Assembly: GCA_030390025.1 (NCBI GenBank)
Contig: JASTWF010000035.1
Span: 1,674,001-1,738,000, forward strand
Source: Squalus acanthias
Lineage: Eukaryota
Length of the DNA: 64,000 nucleotides
Direction of reading: 5' to 3'
This document shows, in pieces, positions 1 to 12,612 of this stretch; positions within the stretch are counted from its first letter, which is position 1; every line of letters begins with the position of its first letter. The notes beneath the pieces were generated by a model. It was not told the origin of the DNA. It made no database searches and worked only from the letters and a program-made list of their open reading frames with translations. The translations under genes were made by a program, and so were the position numbers.

Positions 1-1489
1 CCAGAACTAGCCACACCTCTAGCCAAGCTGTTCCAGTCCAGCTAAAACATTTGCATTTTCCCGACAATGTGGAAAACTGCCCAGGTATGTCCTGCCCACA
101 AAAAGCAGGACAAATACAATCTGGCCAATTACCGCAGTCTACTCTCAATCATCAGCAAAGTGATGGAAGGTGTCATCGACAGTGCTATCAAGCGGCACTT
201 ACTCACCAATAACCTGCTCACTGATGCTCAGTTCAGGTTCCGCCAAGACAACTCGGCTCCAGACCTCATGACAGCCTTGGTCCAAGCATGGACAAAAGAG
301 CTGAATTCCAGAGGTGAGGTGAGAGTGACTGCCCTTGACATCAAGGCAGCATTTGACCGAATGTGGCATCAAGGAGCCCTAGTAAAATTGAAGTCAATGG
401 GAATCAAGGGGCAAACTCTCCATTGGCTGGAGTCATACCTAGCACAAAGGAAGATGGTTGTGGTTGTTGGAGGTCAATCATCTCTGCCCCAGGATATCGC
501 TGCAGGAGTTCCTCAGGGCAGTGTCCCAGGCCCAACTATCTTCAGCTGCTTCATCAATGACCTCCCCTCCAACCTAAGATCAGATGTGGGGTTGTTCACT
601 AATACTTGTACAGCGTTCAATTCCATTCACAACGCTTCAGATAATGAAGCAGTCCATGCCTGCATGCAGCAAGACCTGGACGACATTCAGGCTTGGGCTG
701 ATAAGTGGCAAGTAACATTTGCGCCACACAAGTGACAGGCAATGACTATCTCCAACAAGCGAAAGTCTAACCACTGCCCCGTGATATTCACTGGCATAAC
801 CATTGCTGAATCCCCCCACCATCAACATCCTGGGGATCACCATTGACCAGAAATGTAACTGGACCAGCCACATAAATACTGTGGCTACAAGAGCAGGTCA
901 GAGGCTGAGTATTCTGCGGCGATTGTCTCACCTCCTGACTCCCCAAAGTCTTTCCACCATCTACAAGGCACAAGTAAGGAGTGTGATGGAATACTCTCCA
1001 CTTGCTTGAATGAGTGCAGCTCCAACAACACTCAAGAAGCTTGACACCATCCAGGACAAAGCAGTCCACTTGATTGGCATCCCATCTATCACCTTAAACA
1101 TTAACTACCTCCACCACCGGCGCACCGTGGCTGCAGTGTGTACCATCTACAAGATGCACTGCAGTAACTCGCCAAGGCTTCTTCAACAGCACCTCCCAAA
1201 CTCGCGACCTCTTCCACCTAGAAGGACAAGGGCAGCAAGCGCATGGGAACACCACCACCTCCAAGTTCCCCTCCACGTCACACACCATCTTGACTTGGAA
1301 ATATATCGCCGTTCCTTCATCGTCACTGGGTCAAAATCCTGGAACTCCCGACCTAATAGCAATGTGGGAGTACCTTCACCTGACGGAATGCAGTGGTTCA
1401 GGAATGCGGCTCACCACCACCTTTAGAGATGGGCAATAAATGCTGGCCTTGCCAGCGACGCCCACATCCCAGGACGGAATTTAAAAAAA
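1..1489 (+). mobile_element. CR1-clade LINE family B, decayed RT and 3' end
   Basis: LDIKAAFD, GVPQGS, VRSVMEYSPLA; tail gggcaataaatgctggccttgccagcgacgcccacatccc followed by an A-run. Confidence 0.85.
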
Positions 1490-2814
1490 CATCCTCGTAA
1501 ATCTCCTCTGTACCCTCTCTAGTGCAATCACATCTCTCCTGTGCTGTGGTGACCATAACTGTACACAGGCTGTGGCCTAACTAGTGTTTTATGCAGTTCA
1601 AGTATAACATCCCTGCTCTTGTATTCTATGCCACGGCTAATAAAGGCAAGCATTCCGTATGCCTTCTTAACCACCTTATCTACCTGGCCTACTACCTTCA
1701 GGGATCTGTGGACATGCACTCCAAGGTCTCTCTGTCCTCTACAGTTCTCAGTATCCTATCACTTATTGTGTATTCCCTTGCCTAGTTAGCCCTCCCCAAA
1801 TGCATTACCTCACACTTCTCTGGGATAAATTCCATTTGCCACTTTTGTGCCCACCAGTCCATCGATATTTTCCTGCAGTCTACAGCTTTCTTCCTCACTA
1901 TCAACCACATGGCTAATTTTTTTATCTTTGGCAAACTTCTTAATCATGCCCCCTACATTGTAGCCTAAATCATTGATGTATATCACAAAAAGCAAGGGAC
2001 CTAGTGCTGCGCCCTGCAGAATCCCACTGGAAACGGCTTTCTATTCACAAATACACCCATTGACCATTACCCTTTGCTTCCTGCCACTGAGCCAATTTTG
2101 GATCCAACTTGCCACTTTCCCTTGGATCCCATGGGCTTTTACTTTTCTGACCAGTCTGCCATGTGACCTTGTCAAAAGCCTTGCTAAAATCCATGTAGAC
2201 TACATCAAACGCGCTACCCTCATCGACCCTGCTCAAAAAATTCAATCAAGTTTGCCAGACACGACCTTCCCTTGACAAATCCATGCTGACTGTTCCTGAT
2301 TAATCCGTGCCTTTCTAAATGACGATTAATACTGTCTCTCAGAATTTTTTCCAATAATTTGCCCACCACAGAGCTTGGGCTGACTGGCCTGTAATTACTC
2401 GGTCTATCCCTTTTGCCTTTTTTAAACCTACGGTACAACGTTAGCAGTCCTGCAGATTCCGGCACCACACCTGTAGCCAGAGAGTAATGGAAAATGATGG
2501 TTAGAGCCTCCACTTGCTTCTCTTAACCTGGGATACGTTTCACCCGGGCCTGGCGATTTATCTACGTTCAAAGATGCTAAACCCCTTACTATTTCCTCTC
2601 TCACTATGTTTATCTCATCTAATATTTCACACTCCTCCTCCTTAACTACAATGTCTGCATCGTCCCTCTCTTTTGTGAAGACAGGCGCAAAGTATTCACT
2701 AAGAACCATACTCACGTCTTCCGCCTCCACACACAGGTTATCTTTTTTGTTTCTAATAGGCCCGACTCTTTCTTTAGTTATCCTCTTGATCTTTATGTAT
2801 TTATAAAACATCAT
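1490..2814 (-). mobile_element. Decayed CR1 RT fragment
   Basis: NYRPVS, QHGFVKGRSCL, MDFSKAFDKV, with frameshifts. Confidence 0.85.
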
Positions 2815-3041
2815 TTCCCACGCTTCTGCTCATGTCACCATCCTACCTATGTCATCCTGAAGCCTGTAACTATCCTCATCATGATCTGTCGTCAGAACTC
2901 AAGTTCGAGTTCTGACGAAGGGTCATCAGCCTGAAACATTAACTCTGTTTCTCTCTCCACAGATGCTGCCTGACCTGCTGAGTATTTCCAGCATTTTCTG
3001 TTTTTATTTCAGATTTCCAGCATCCACAGTATTTTGCTTTT
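2815..3041 (+). mobile_element. Penelope-derived terminal fragment
   Basis: Hammerhead motif plus a tail homologous to the Penelope 3' ends (ctctctccacagatgctgcctgacctgctgagt...). Confidence 0.7.
2907..2945 (+). ncRNA. Degenerate minimal hammerhead ribozyme
   Basis: gagtt-CTGACGA-agggtcatcagcct-GAAA-catt-aactc; stems II and III weakened. Confidence 0.55.
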
Positions 3042-3629
3042 GTCTCATCATGATCTACTTTGCCAAATTTTGTATCATCTGCAAACTTTATAATGCTGCT
3101 TCCTACACCCGAGTCTACGTAGTTTATAAAAATTTCAGAGAGTAATGGACCCAAAACTGACACTTGCAAACCACCTTACAGTCTGAAAAACATCCATCCA
3201 CCACCACACTTTACTTCCTGTCACTGAGCCAATTTTGTATCCATACCACCACTTTCCTCTTAATTCCATGGGCTTCCATCTTCTTAATAAGCTTCCTGTG
3301 TGACACTTTGTCAAATGCCTTCCAAAAGTCCATATATACAACATCTACTGCACTACCTTGATCAACCTTCTCTGTTACTTCATCAAGTAATTCAATCAAG
3401 TTAGTCAGACATGATTAGCCTTTAAGAAATCCATGCTGGCTCTCCTTGATTGACCCATTCCTTTCCAAGTGAAAGTTTATTTTTTTCCCTGATAATGCTT
3501 TCCAATAACTTCCCCACCACTGATGATAGGCTGACTGGCCTGTAGTTTCCTGGTTTATCGCTCTCCCCTTTCTTGAATCGTGATATAACATTAGCAACCC
3601 TCCAGTCCTCCGGGACTACTCCTGTATCC

Positions 3630-4595
3630 TGTCTATTAATGACTTGGACGTGGGTGTACAGGGCACAATTTCAAAATTTGCTGATGACACAAAACTTGGA
3701 AGTATAATGAACAGTGAAGAGGAGAGTGATCGACGTCAGGAAGACATAGACAGGCTGGTGAAATGGGCGGACATGTGGCAGATGAAATTTAACGCAGAAA
3801 AGTGTGAAGTGATACATTTTGGTAGAAAGAATGAGGCGAGGACATATAAACTAAATGGTACAATCCTGAAGGGGGTGCATGAACAGAGAGACCTGGGGGT
3901 ATGTGTGCACAAATAGTTGAAGGTAGCAAGGCAGGTTGAGAAAGCAGTTAAAAAGGCTTATGTGATCCTGGGTTTCATGAATAGAGGTATAGAGTACAAA
4001 AGTTGGAAATTATGATGAACCTGTATAAAACACTGGTTCGGCCCAACTGGAGTACTGTGTCCAATTCTGGGCACCGCACTTTAGGAAGGATGTGAAGGCT
4101 TTAGAGAAGGTGCAGAAAAGATTTATGAGAATGATTCCAGAAATGTGGGACTTCAGTTACGTGGATAGACAGGAGAAGCTGGGGTTGCTCTCCTTGGAGC
4201 AGAGAAGGTTGAGAGTTGATTTGATAGAGGTGTTCAAAATCATGAGGAGTCGAGACAGAGTAGATAGAGAGAAACTGTTCCCATTGGCAGAAGGATCGAG
4301 AACCAGAGGACACAGATTTAAGGTGATTGGCAAAAGAACCAAAGGCAACGTAAGAAAAAACTTTTTTACGCAGCGAGAGGTTAGGATCTGGAATGCACTG
4401 CCTGAAAGGGTGGTGGAGGCAGACTCAGTCACAGATTTCAAAAGGGAGTTGGATAAGTATCTGAAGGAAAGAAATTTGCAGGGCTATGGGGAAAGGGCAG
4501 GCGATGGGACTAGCTGAGGTGCTCTTCCAGAGAGCCGGCCCGGTCTCGACGGGCCAAATGGCCTTCTTCCGTGCTGTAACCATTCTATGATTCTA
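3630..4595 (+). mobile_element. CR1 3' fragment
   Basis: FADDTKL...TRGH...WNALP; (ATTCTATG)n tail. Confidence 0.88.
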
Positions 4596-4843
4596 TCCAA
4601 TGAGATTGAAAGATTATCACCAATGCCTTTACCATTTCAGCAATCTAGGATGCATTCCATCCGGACCAGGTGACTTACCAAGTTTGAGTAATGCTAATCT
4701 TTTTAGTACCTCTCTATATATTATTATCCTGTCCATAACTTCACTCTCCTCTCTTAGTGTAACCTTCACATCATCTGCTTCTTTTGTGAGGCAGATGCAA
4801 AGTACTTATTTAATACTTTTGCCATGTCCTCTGCCTCTACATG

Positions 4844-6801
4844 AAGATTGGGAACAGTTTAAGATAGAGCAAAGGAGGACAAAGGGCTTAATCAAGAGGG
4901 GCAAAATAGCTTACGAAAGCAAGCTGGCGGAAAATATAAAAACTAACTCCAAAAGCTTTTATAAGTATATCAAGAGGAAAAGACTGGTGAAAACCAAAGT
5001 TGGCCCATTGCAGTCAGATACGGGGGAATATATAACGGGAAATAAGGAAATGGCAGACCAACTAAATGCATACTTTGGGTCAGTCTTTACGAAGGAAGAC
5101 ACAAAAAACCTCCCTGGGATATCGGGAAAAATAGGGACATTTGCAAAGGAGGAACTGACGCAAATCAATATCTCTAAGGATATGGTGTTAAGGAAGCTAA
5201 AGGGATTGAAGGCGGACAAATCCCCAGGGCCTGATAACATGCATCCTAGGGTGCTGAAGGAGGTGGCCCTAGAGATAGCGGATGCACTAAGTATGATTTT
5301 TCAGAATTCATTAGACTCGGGAACAGTGCCCATGGATTGGAGGGTAGCTAACGTTACCCCACTATTCAAAAAGGGGGGTAGGGAAAAAGCAGGTAATTAC
5401 AGACCTGTAAGCCTTACATCAGTTGTGGGCAAAATGCTGGAGTCCATCATTAAGGATGAAATAGCGGAGCACTTAGCAAATGGGGACAGGATAGGACAGA
5501 GTCAACATGGATTTACAAAGGGTAAATCGTGCTTGACTAATCTATTGGAATTTTTTGAGGGAGTAACTGGTAAAATAGATGGGGGAGAGCCAGTAGATGT
5601 GGTGTACCTGGACTTCCAAAAGGCCTTCGATAAGGTCCCACATAAAAGATTAGCAGGGAAAATTGAAGCTCATGGGATAAAGGGGAAAGTATTGACGTGG
5701 ATAGAGAACTGGCTGTCAGATAGAAAACAGAGAGTTGGAATAAACGGCTCATTTTCTGAATGGCAGGCAGTAACAAGTGGGGTACCGCAGGGATCTGTCC
5801 TGGGTCCCCAGCTGTTCACAATTTACATTAATGACCTGGATCAGGGAGTCGGATGCAGCATTTCCAAATTTGCAGACGACACTAAACTAGGAGGGGGGGT
5901 GGGCTCAGAGGAGGAGACCAGGAAGCTCCAGAGCGATTTGGACAGACTGGGTGATTGGGCGGATAAATGGCAGATGCACTATAATGTGGACAAGTGCGAA
6001 GTTATCCACCTTGGGTGCAGGAACGGGAGGGCAAATTATTATTTAAATGGCAATAAATTGGGAGAGGGGGAAGTACAGAGAGACCTGGGTGTTCTTGTAC
6101 ACCAGTCACTGAAGGCGAGCATGCAGGTGCAACAGGCGGTCAAGAAGGCAAACGGTATGCTGGCCTTCATAGCAAAAGGGTTGGAATACAGGAACAGGGA
6201 TACCTTGCTGCAGCTGTACAGGGCACTGGTGAGACCACACCTCGAGTACTGTGTACAGTTTTGGTCGCCTCATCTGAGGAAAGATGTTCTTGCCATGGAG
6301 GGGGTGCAGCGGCGATTCACCAGGCTGATACCAGGAATGGCGGGATTGACCTATGAGGAGAGACTATGTAGTTTAGGGATGTACACACTGGAGTTTAGAA
6401 GATTGAGAGGGGACCTCATAGAAGTGTATAAAATTCTGACAGGTCTAGACAGACTAGATGCAGAAGGAATGTTTCCCTTGGCGGGTGAGAACAGAACTAG
6501 AGGACATAATTTAAGGATAAGGGCTAAACCATTTAGGACAGAAATGAGGGGGAATTTCTTCACTCAGAGGGTGGTGAACCTGTGGAACTCATTGCCACAG
6601 AGGGCAGTGTACGCCAGCTCATTAAATATATTTAAGAGGGAATTAGATATATTTCTACAGGCAAAAGGGGTTAAGGGTTACGGAGAGAAGGCGGGGACGG
6701 GATACTGAATTGGAGGATCAGCCATGATCTCATTAAATGGCGGAGCAGGCTCGAAGGGCCGGATGGCCTACTCCTGCTCCTATCTTCTATGTATCTATGT
6801 A
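4844..6801 (+). mobile_element. Young CR1 family A copy, 5'-truncated; RT open to the stop at 6708
   Basis: Protein nearly identical to 37826-40693; same 3' UTR and tail; AAGATT microhomology at the 5' junction. Confidence 0.95.
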
Positions 6802-7794
6802 TTTCCCTTTTGGTCCTTAATCAGCCCAACTTTTTCCCTAGCAAACCACTTCCACTTTATATGTTTATAAAAAGTTTTAGGGTTCAATTTAATGTTGCCT
6901 GATAATCTTTTCTCGTAACCTCACTTTGCCTCCCATATTAACTTTTTCAATTCCCTCCTGTACTTTCCATAATATTCCTGGTTATTAACTGAATCTTGCT
7001 CCTGACATTTGTCATAAACCTCCTTTTTTTGTTTTATTTTAACTTCTATTCCCTTTGACATCCATGGTGCATTAGCTTTGGATGCTCTACCTTTAACCTT
7101 CAAAGGAATATGCCTAGTTTGTACCTGAACTATCTCTTCCCTGAATGCCCTCCATTGCTCCATTACTGCTTGACTCTGCAATGGCCTTTTCCAATCTACC
7201 TGTGCTGGGTCCCTTCTTAAATCACTGAAATGAGCTCTTCCCCAGTTGAGCATTTTTACCTTTGATATTTTCTGGTCTCCTTCCATAATTACATTAAACC
7301 AAATTATGTTGTGGTGAATGTTAGCTAGATGAACTCCTACTGTAACACACTCCACTTGCCCTACTTCATTTCCCAGAACCAAATCCAACACTGCTTCCTT
7401 CCTTGTTAGACTGGAGACATATTGATTGAGAAAGTTCTCCTGTACACATATCAGAAATACCACTCCTTCCCTACCCTTAACACTATGCTTTTCTCAGTCT
7501 ATATTCGGGTAATTGTAGACTCCTAATATTGCTACTCTATTTTTATTACACACCTTCGCAATATGCCAACAAATTTGCTCATCTATCTCCTTGTCACTGT
7601 TTGGAGCTCGATAAAAAAACTCCCAACAATGTAACAGCTCCCCCTCTGGTCCTCAACTCAAGCCAAATTAGTTTAAACCCTCCCCAACTATTTTACCTCT
7701 CAGCGAGAACATTGGTCCCGGCTTTGTTCAGATGCAACCCGTCCATCTTGTACAGGTGCCCCTTCCCCTGAACTGGTCCCAGTGGCACAAGAAT

Positions 7795-10700
7795 GGGAAT
7801 GATAGCGAAGCAGTTATGTTACTGGACTAGTTATCCAGAAACCTGGACTAATGATCCAGAGATAAGAGTTCAAATCCCACCACTGTGGAATTTAAATTCA
7901 ATTAATTCAATAAATCAGGAATTAAAAGCTAGTATCATTAATGGTGATCATGAAACTATCGGATTGTCGTAAAAACCTATCTGGTTCACTAATGTCCTTT
8001 AGGGAAGGAAATCTGCAGTCCTTACCTGGTCTGGCCTATATGTGACTCTTAACTGCCCTTTGAAATGGCCTAGCACGCCACTCAGTTGTAACAAACCGCT
8101 AGGAAAAACAATACGAAAAAAAACGGACAGACCACCCAGCATCGACCTAGGGACCGGATTCAGACACAGCAACAGCACACCCAACCCAGTCGTCCCTGCA
8201 AAGTCCACCTTGCTGACATCTGTGGACTTGTGCCAAAATTGGGAGAGCTGTCTCACAGACTAGTCAAGCAACAGCCTGACATAGTCATGCTCACAGAATC
8301 ATACCTTTCAGCCAACGTCCCAGACTCCTCCATCACCATCGCTGGTTATGTCCTGTCCCACCGGCAGGACAGACCCATCAGGGGTGGCGGCACAGTGGTA
8401 TACAGTTGGGAGCAAGTGGTCCTGCAAGTCCTCAACATTGACTCCAGACCCCATGAAGTCTCATGGCTTCAGGTCAAACATGGACAAGGAAACCTCCTGC
8501 TGATTACCACCTACCGCCCTCCCTCAGCTGATGAATCAGTACTCCGCCATGTTGAACACCACTTGGAAGGAGCACTGAGGGTAGCAAGGGCACAGAATGT
8601 ACTCTGGGTGGGGGACTTCAATGTCCATCACCAAGAGTGGCTCGGTAGCACCACTACTGGCCGAGTCCTGAAGGACATAGCTGCCAGACTGGGCCTGCGG
8701 CAGGTGATGAGAGAGCCAACACGAGGGAAAAACCTTCTTGACCTCGTTCTTACCTGTCAAAGATGCATCTATCTATGACAGTATTGGTAGCAGTGACCAC
8801 TGCACAGTCCTTGTTCCGTCTTCACACTGAGGACACTCTCCATCGTGTTGTGTGGCACTACCACCGTGCTAAATGGGATAGATCTAGCAGCTCAAAACTG
8901 GGGATCCCGGCTTTGTTCGGGTGCAACCCGTCCATCTTGTACAGGTGCCCCTTCCCCCGAGCTGGTCCCAGTGCCCCAAGAATGGGAATGATAGCGAAGT
9001 GGTTATGTTCCTGGACTAATGATCCAGAGACATGGGGGCGATTTTGCCAGCCCTGGGGAGGCGGGTATGGAGACGGGACTGATGGGAAAATGGCAGAATC
9101 TGGGGGCGGGTACCCAACCCGCCTCCGTGCCATCTTCCCAGGAGGCGGGTACCCGACCCGCGCTGGGAGTCGCCTCCTCGAGGCGGGAAGGGGATTAGTG
9201 CCAATTAACTGCCTGTTAACAGGTAGTTAACAGGCAGTTTTTTGGATAATCCCTATTTTGTCACCTAAAGTGTGGGCCTCCCGACAGCTCCGAACCTCGC
9301 CAGGGTCAGCGAGGTGAGTCGTGGGTCTGCGGGGATCGGAGGGGTCGAGATGTCCGGTGTGCAGGTGAGTGATGGGTGCATGTGTGGAGAGGTGAGTGTG
9401 TGAGGTGAGTGTTGAGTGTTTTAAAAGCTTTAGTTTGCTTCTTCCGCCAAGCTTCAACCCTTCAGGTCTCGGGAGTCCCTCATCTCACCGGCAGAGAAAG
9501 CAGAATGGCCGCTGCATTCTCAAATGCATCAGCCTTCTGCTTTCTGCTCAGGAGAGATCGCTAAGTAAGCCTGTGTCCCAGGTCTCAACTTAGAGGACAG
9601 ATTGTCAGTGTTTGACAGCTTCACAGAGCTCTCAAATGATGACAATTCATCTGTCAAAAGCTCTTGACAGATGAAACGTCACTCGCTGACGCCTGCTAAG
9701 CCCACTGGGCGGGCTTAACAAGGTCAATCAAGGGAAAATAGCGTGGGTTGGCCGGACATCGATGGAGGTGGGACTAAAACCCGACAAGCAGCAATCCCGC
9801 CTCCATCACATCCCCATTGGCAAAATCACCCCCATGAGTTCAAATCCCACCATGAGGCGCTGTGGGCCATCAGCAGCAGCAGTATTGTATTGCACCACAA
9901 TCTGTAACCTCATGGCCCGGCATATCCATTACTCTACCATTACCATCAAGCCAGGGGACCAACCCTGGTTCAATGAGGAGTGTAGAAGAGCATGCCAGGA
10001 GCAGCACCAGAGGTAAGCAATCCCACAACCAACGGGTCAGATTAAAGCTCTACAGTCCTGCCACATCCAATCGTGAATAGTGGTGGACAATTAAACAACT
10101 AACAAGAGGAGGCACCATGAACATCCCCATCCTCAATGATGGCGGAACCCTGTACGTGAGTGCAAAAGACAAGGCTGAAGCGTTCACAACCATCTTCAGC
10201 CAGAAGTGCCAAGTGGATGATCCATATCGGCCTACTCCAGAGGTCCCCACCATCACAGAAGCCAGTTTTCAGCCAATTCGATTCACTTCACGTGATATCA
10301 AGAAACAGCTGAGTGCACTGGATACAGCAAAGGCTATATCCTGGCTGTCATGCTGAAAACTTGTGCTCCAGAACTATCCGTGCCTCTAGCCAAGCTGTTC
10401 CAGTACAGCTACAACACTGGCATCTACCCGACAATGTCGAAAATTACCCAGCTATGTCCTGTCCACAAAAAGCAGGACAAATCCAATCCGGCCAATTACT
10501 GCCCCATCAGTCTACTCTCAATTATCAGCAAAGCGATGGAAGGTGTCATCGACAGTGCTATCAAGCGGCACTTACTCACCAATAACCAGCTCACCAATGC
10601 TCAGTTCAGGTTCCGCCAGGACAACTTGGCTCCAGACCTCATTACAGCCTTGGTCCAAACATGGACAAATGAGCTGAATTCCAGAGGTGAGGTGAAAGTG

Positions 10701-11100
10701 ACTGCCCTTGACATCAAGACAGCATTTGACCGAATGTGGCATCAAGGAGCCCTAGAAAACTGAAGTCAATGGGAATCGGGGAAAACTCTCCACTGGTTGT
10801 TGGAGGGCAATCATTTCATCCCTAGGACATCACCGCAGGGCAGGCCCAACTATCTTCAGCTGCTTCATCAATAACTTTCCCCCCATCATAAGGTCAGAAG
10901 TGGGGATGTTCGATGATGATTGCAGTGTTCAGTTCCATTCACAACTCCCCAGATAATGAAGCAGTCCATGCCCTGCATGCAGCAAGACCTGGACAACATT
11001 CAGGTTTGGGCTGATAAGTGGCAAGTAACATTCATGCCACACAAATGTCAGGCAATGGCTATCTCCAACAAGACAGTGTCTAACCACCACCCCTTGACAT
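7795..11100 (+). mobile_element. tRNA-headed SINE-like segment running into LINE family B EN-RT fragments, interrupted by a second composite head and a MITE
   Basis: A/B-box-like head (gagttcaaatccc), then QQPDIVMLTESYL, TTYRPP, GDFN, LDLVLT; RT fragments at 10350-11100. Confidence 0.75.
9034..9833. mobile_element. GC-rich MITE, Harbinger-like
   Basis: TIRs GGGGGCGATTTTGCCA...TGGCAAAATCACCCCC, inserted in a SINE head at gagacat|gag. Confidence 0.75.
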
Positions 11101-12610
11101 TCACAAGGAGGGTTGATGAAGGTAGCATGTTTGATGTAGTCTATATGGATTTTAGCAAGGCTTTTGAAAAGGTCCCACATGGCAGACTGGTCAGAAAAGT
11201 AAAAGCCCATGGGATCCAAGGGAAAGTGGCAAGTTGCTCCAAAATTGGCTCAGTGGCAGGAAGCAAAGTGTATTGGTTGACGGGTGTTTTTGTGACTGGA
11301 AGGCTGTTTCCAGTGGGGTTCCTCAGGGCTCAGTACTAGGTCCCTTGCTTTTTGTGGCATATATCAATGATTTAGTCTTCAATGTAGGGGCATGATTAAG
11401 AAGTTTGCAAATGATACAAAATTGGCTGCATGGTTGATGGTGAAGAAGAAAGCTGCAGACAGCAGGAAGATATCAATGGACTGGTCAGGTGGGCAGAACA
11501 GTTGCAAATGGAATTCAATCTGGAGAAGTGTGAGATAATGCATTTGGGGAGGGCTAACAAGGCAAGGGAATAGACAATAAATGGTAGGATACTGAGAAGT
11601 GTAGAGGAACAGAGAGACCTTGGAGTGCATGTCCACAGATCTCTAAAGGTAGCAGGACAGGTAGATAAGGTGGTTAAAAAGGCATACGGGATACTTGCCT
11701 TTATTAGCCGTGGCATAGAATACAAGAGCAGGGGGGTTATGCTTTAACTGTATTAAACACTAGTTAGGCCTCAGCTAGAGTACTGCGTACAGTTCTGGTC
11801 ACCACATTACAGGAAAGATGTGATTGCACTAGAGAGGGTACAGAGGAGATTTACGAGGATGTTGCCCGGACTGGAGAATTTTAGCTATGAGGAAAGATTG
11901 GATAGGCTGGGGTTGTTTTCTTTGGAACAGAGGATGCTGAGGGGAGATTTAATTGAGGTGTATAAAATTATGATGAGCCTAGATGGAGTGGATAGGAAGG
12001 ACTTATTTCCCTTAGCAGAGAGGTCAATAATGAAGAGGCATAGATTTAAAGTAATTGGTAGAAGGTTTAGAGGGGAGTTGAGGAGAACCTTTTTCACCCG
12101 GAGGGTGGTGGGAGTCTGGAGCTGTCTGAAAGGGTGGTAGAGGCAGAAACCCTCATCACATTTTAAAAGTACTTGGATATGCACTTGAAGTGCCGTAACC
12201 TACAGGGCTATGGACCCAAGAGCTGGAAAGTGGGATTAGGCTGGATAGCTCTTTTTCGGCTGCACAGACACGATGGGCCGAATGGCCTCCATCTGTGCTG
12301 TAAATTTCTATGATTCTACGAATATTCTTAACGACTGAGCGTCCACCACCCTCTGGAGTAGAGAATTCCAAAGATTCACAACCCTCTGAATGAAGAAATT
12401 TCCCCTTCTCTCAGTCCTAAATGGCCGATCCCATATTCTGAGGCTGTGACCCCTGGTTCTAGACTCCCCAGCCAGGGGAAACATGTTCCCAGCATCTACC
12501 CTGTCATGCCTGTTAAGAATTTTATATGTTTCAACGAGATCACCTCTCATTCTTCTAAACTCTGCGGAATATAGGACTAGTCTATTCAATATATAGGCCT
12601 AGTCTACTCA
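11100..12610. mobile_element. CR1 3' fragments (+ 11100-12318; - 12319-12610)
   Basis: CR1 RT C-terminal motifs and tail. Confidence 0.85.
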
Positions 12611-12612
12611 AC

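Larger units (their letters stand above)
3042..7790 (-). mobile_element. Old CR1 (3042-3629, 4596-4845, 6802-7790) interrupted by two plus-strand CR1s
   Basis: Pieces rejoin (tcctgtatcc|aatgagattg; atgaagatt|tccctttt); EN motif LDLVLGNE; RT motifs. Confidence 0.8.

Noticed and set aside
4600..4843. N-terminal part of the 702-aa ORF as a novel domain
   Set aside because: Antisense of an older CR1 that happens to be in frame with the inserted young CR1.
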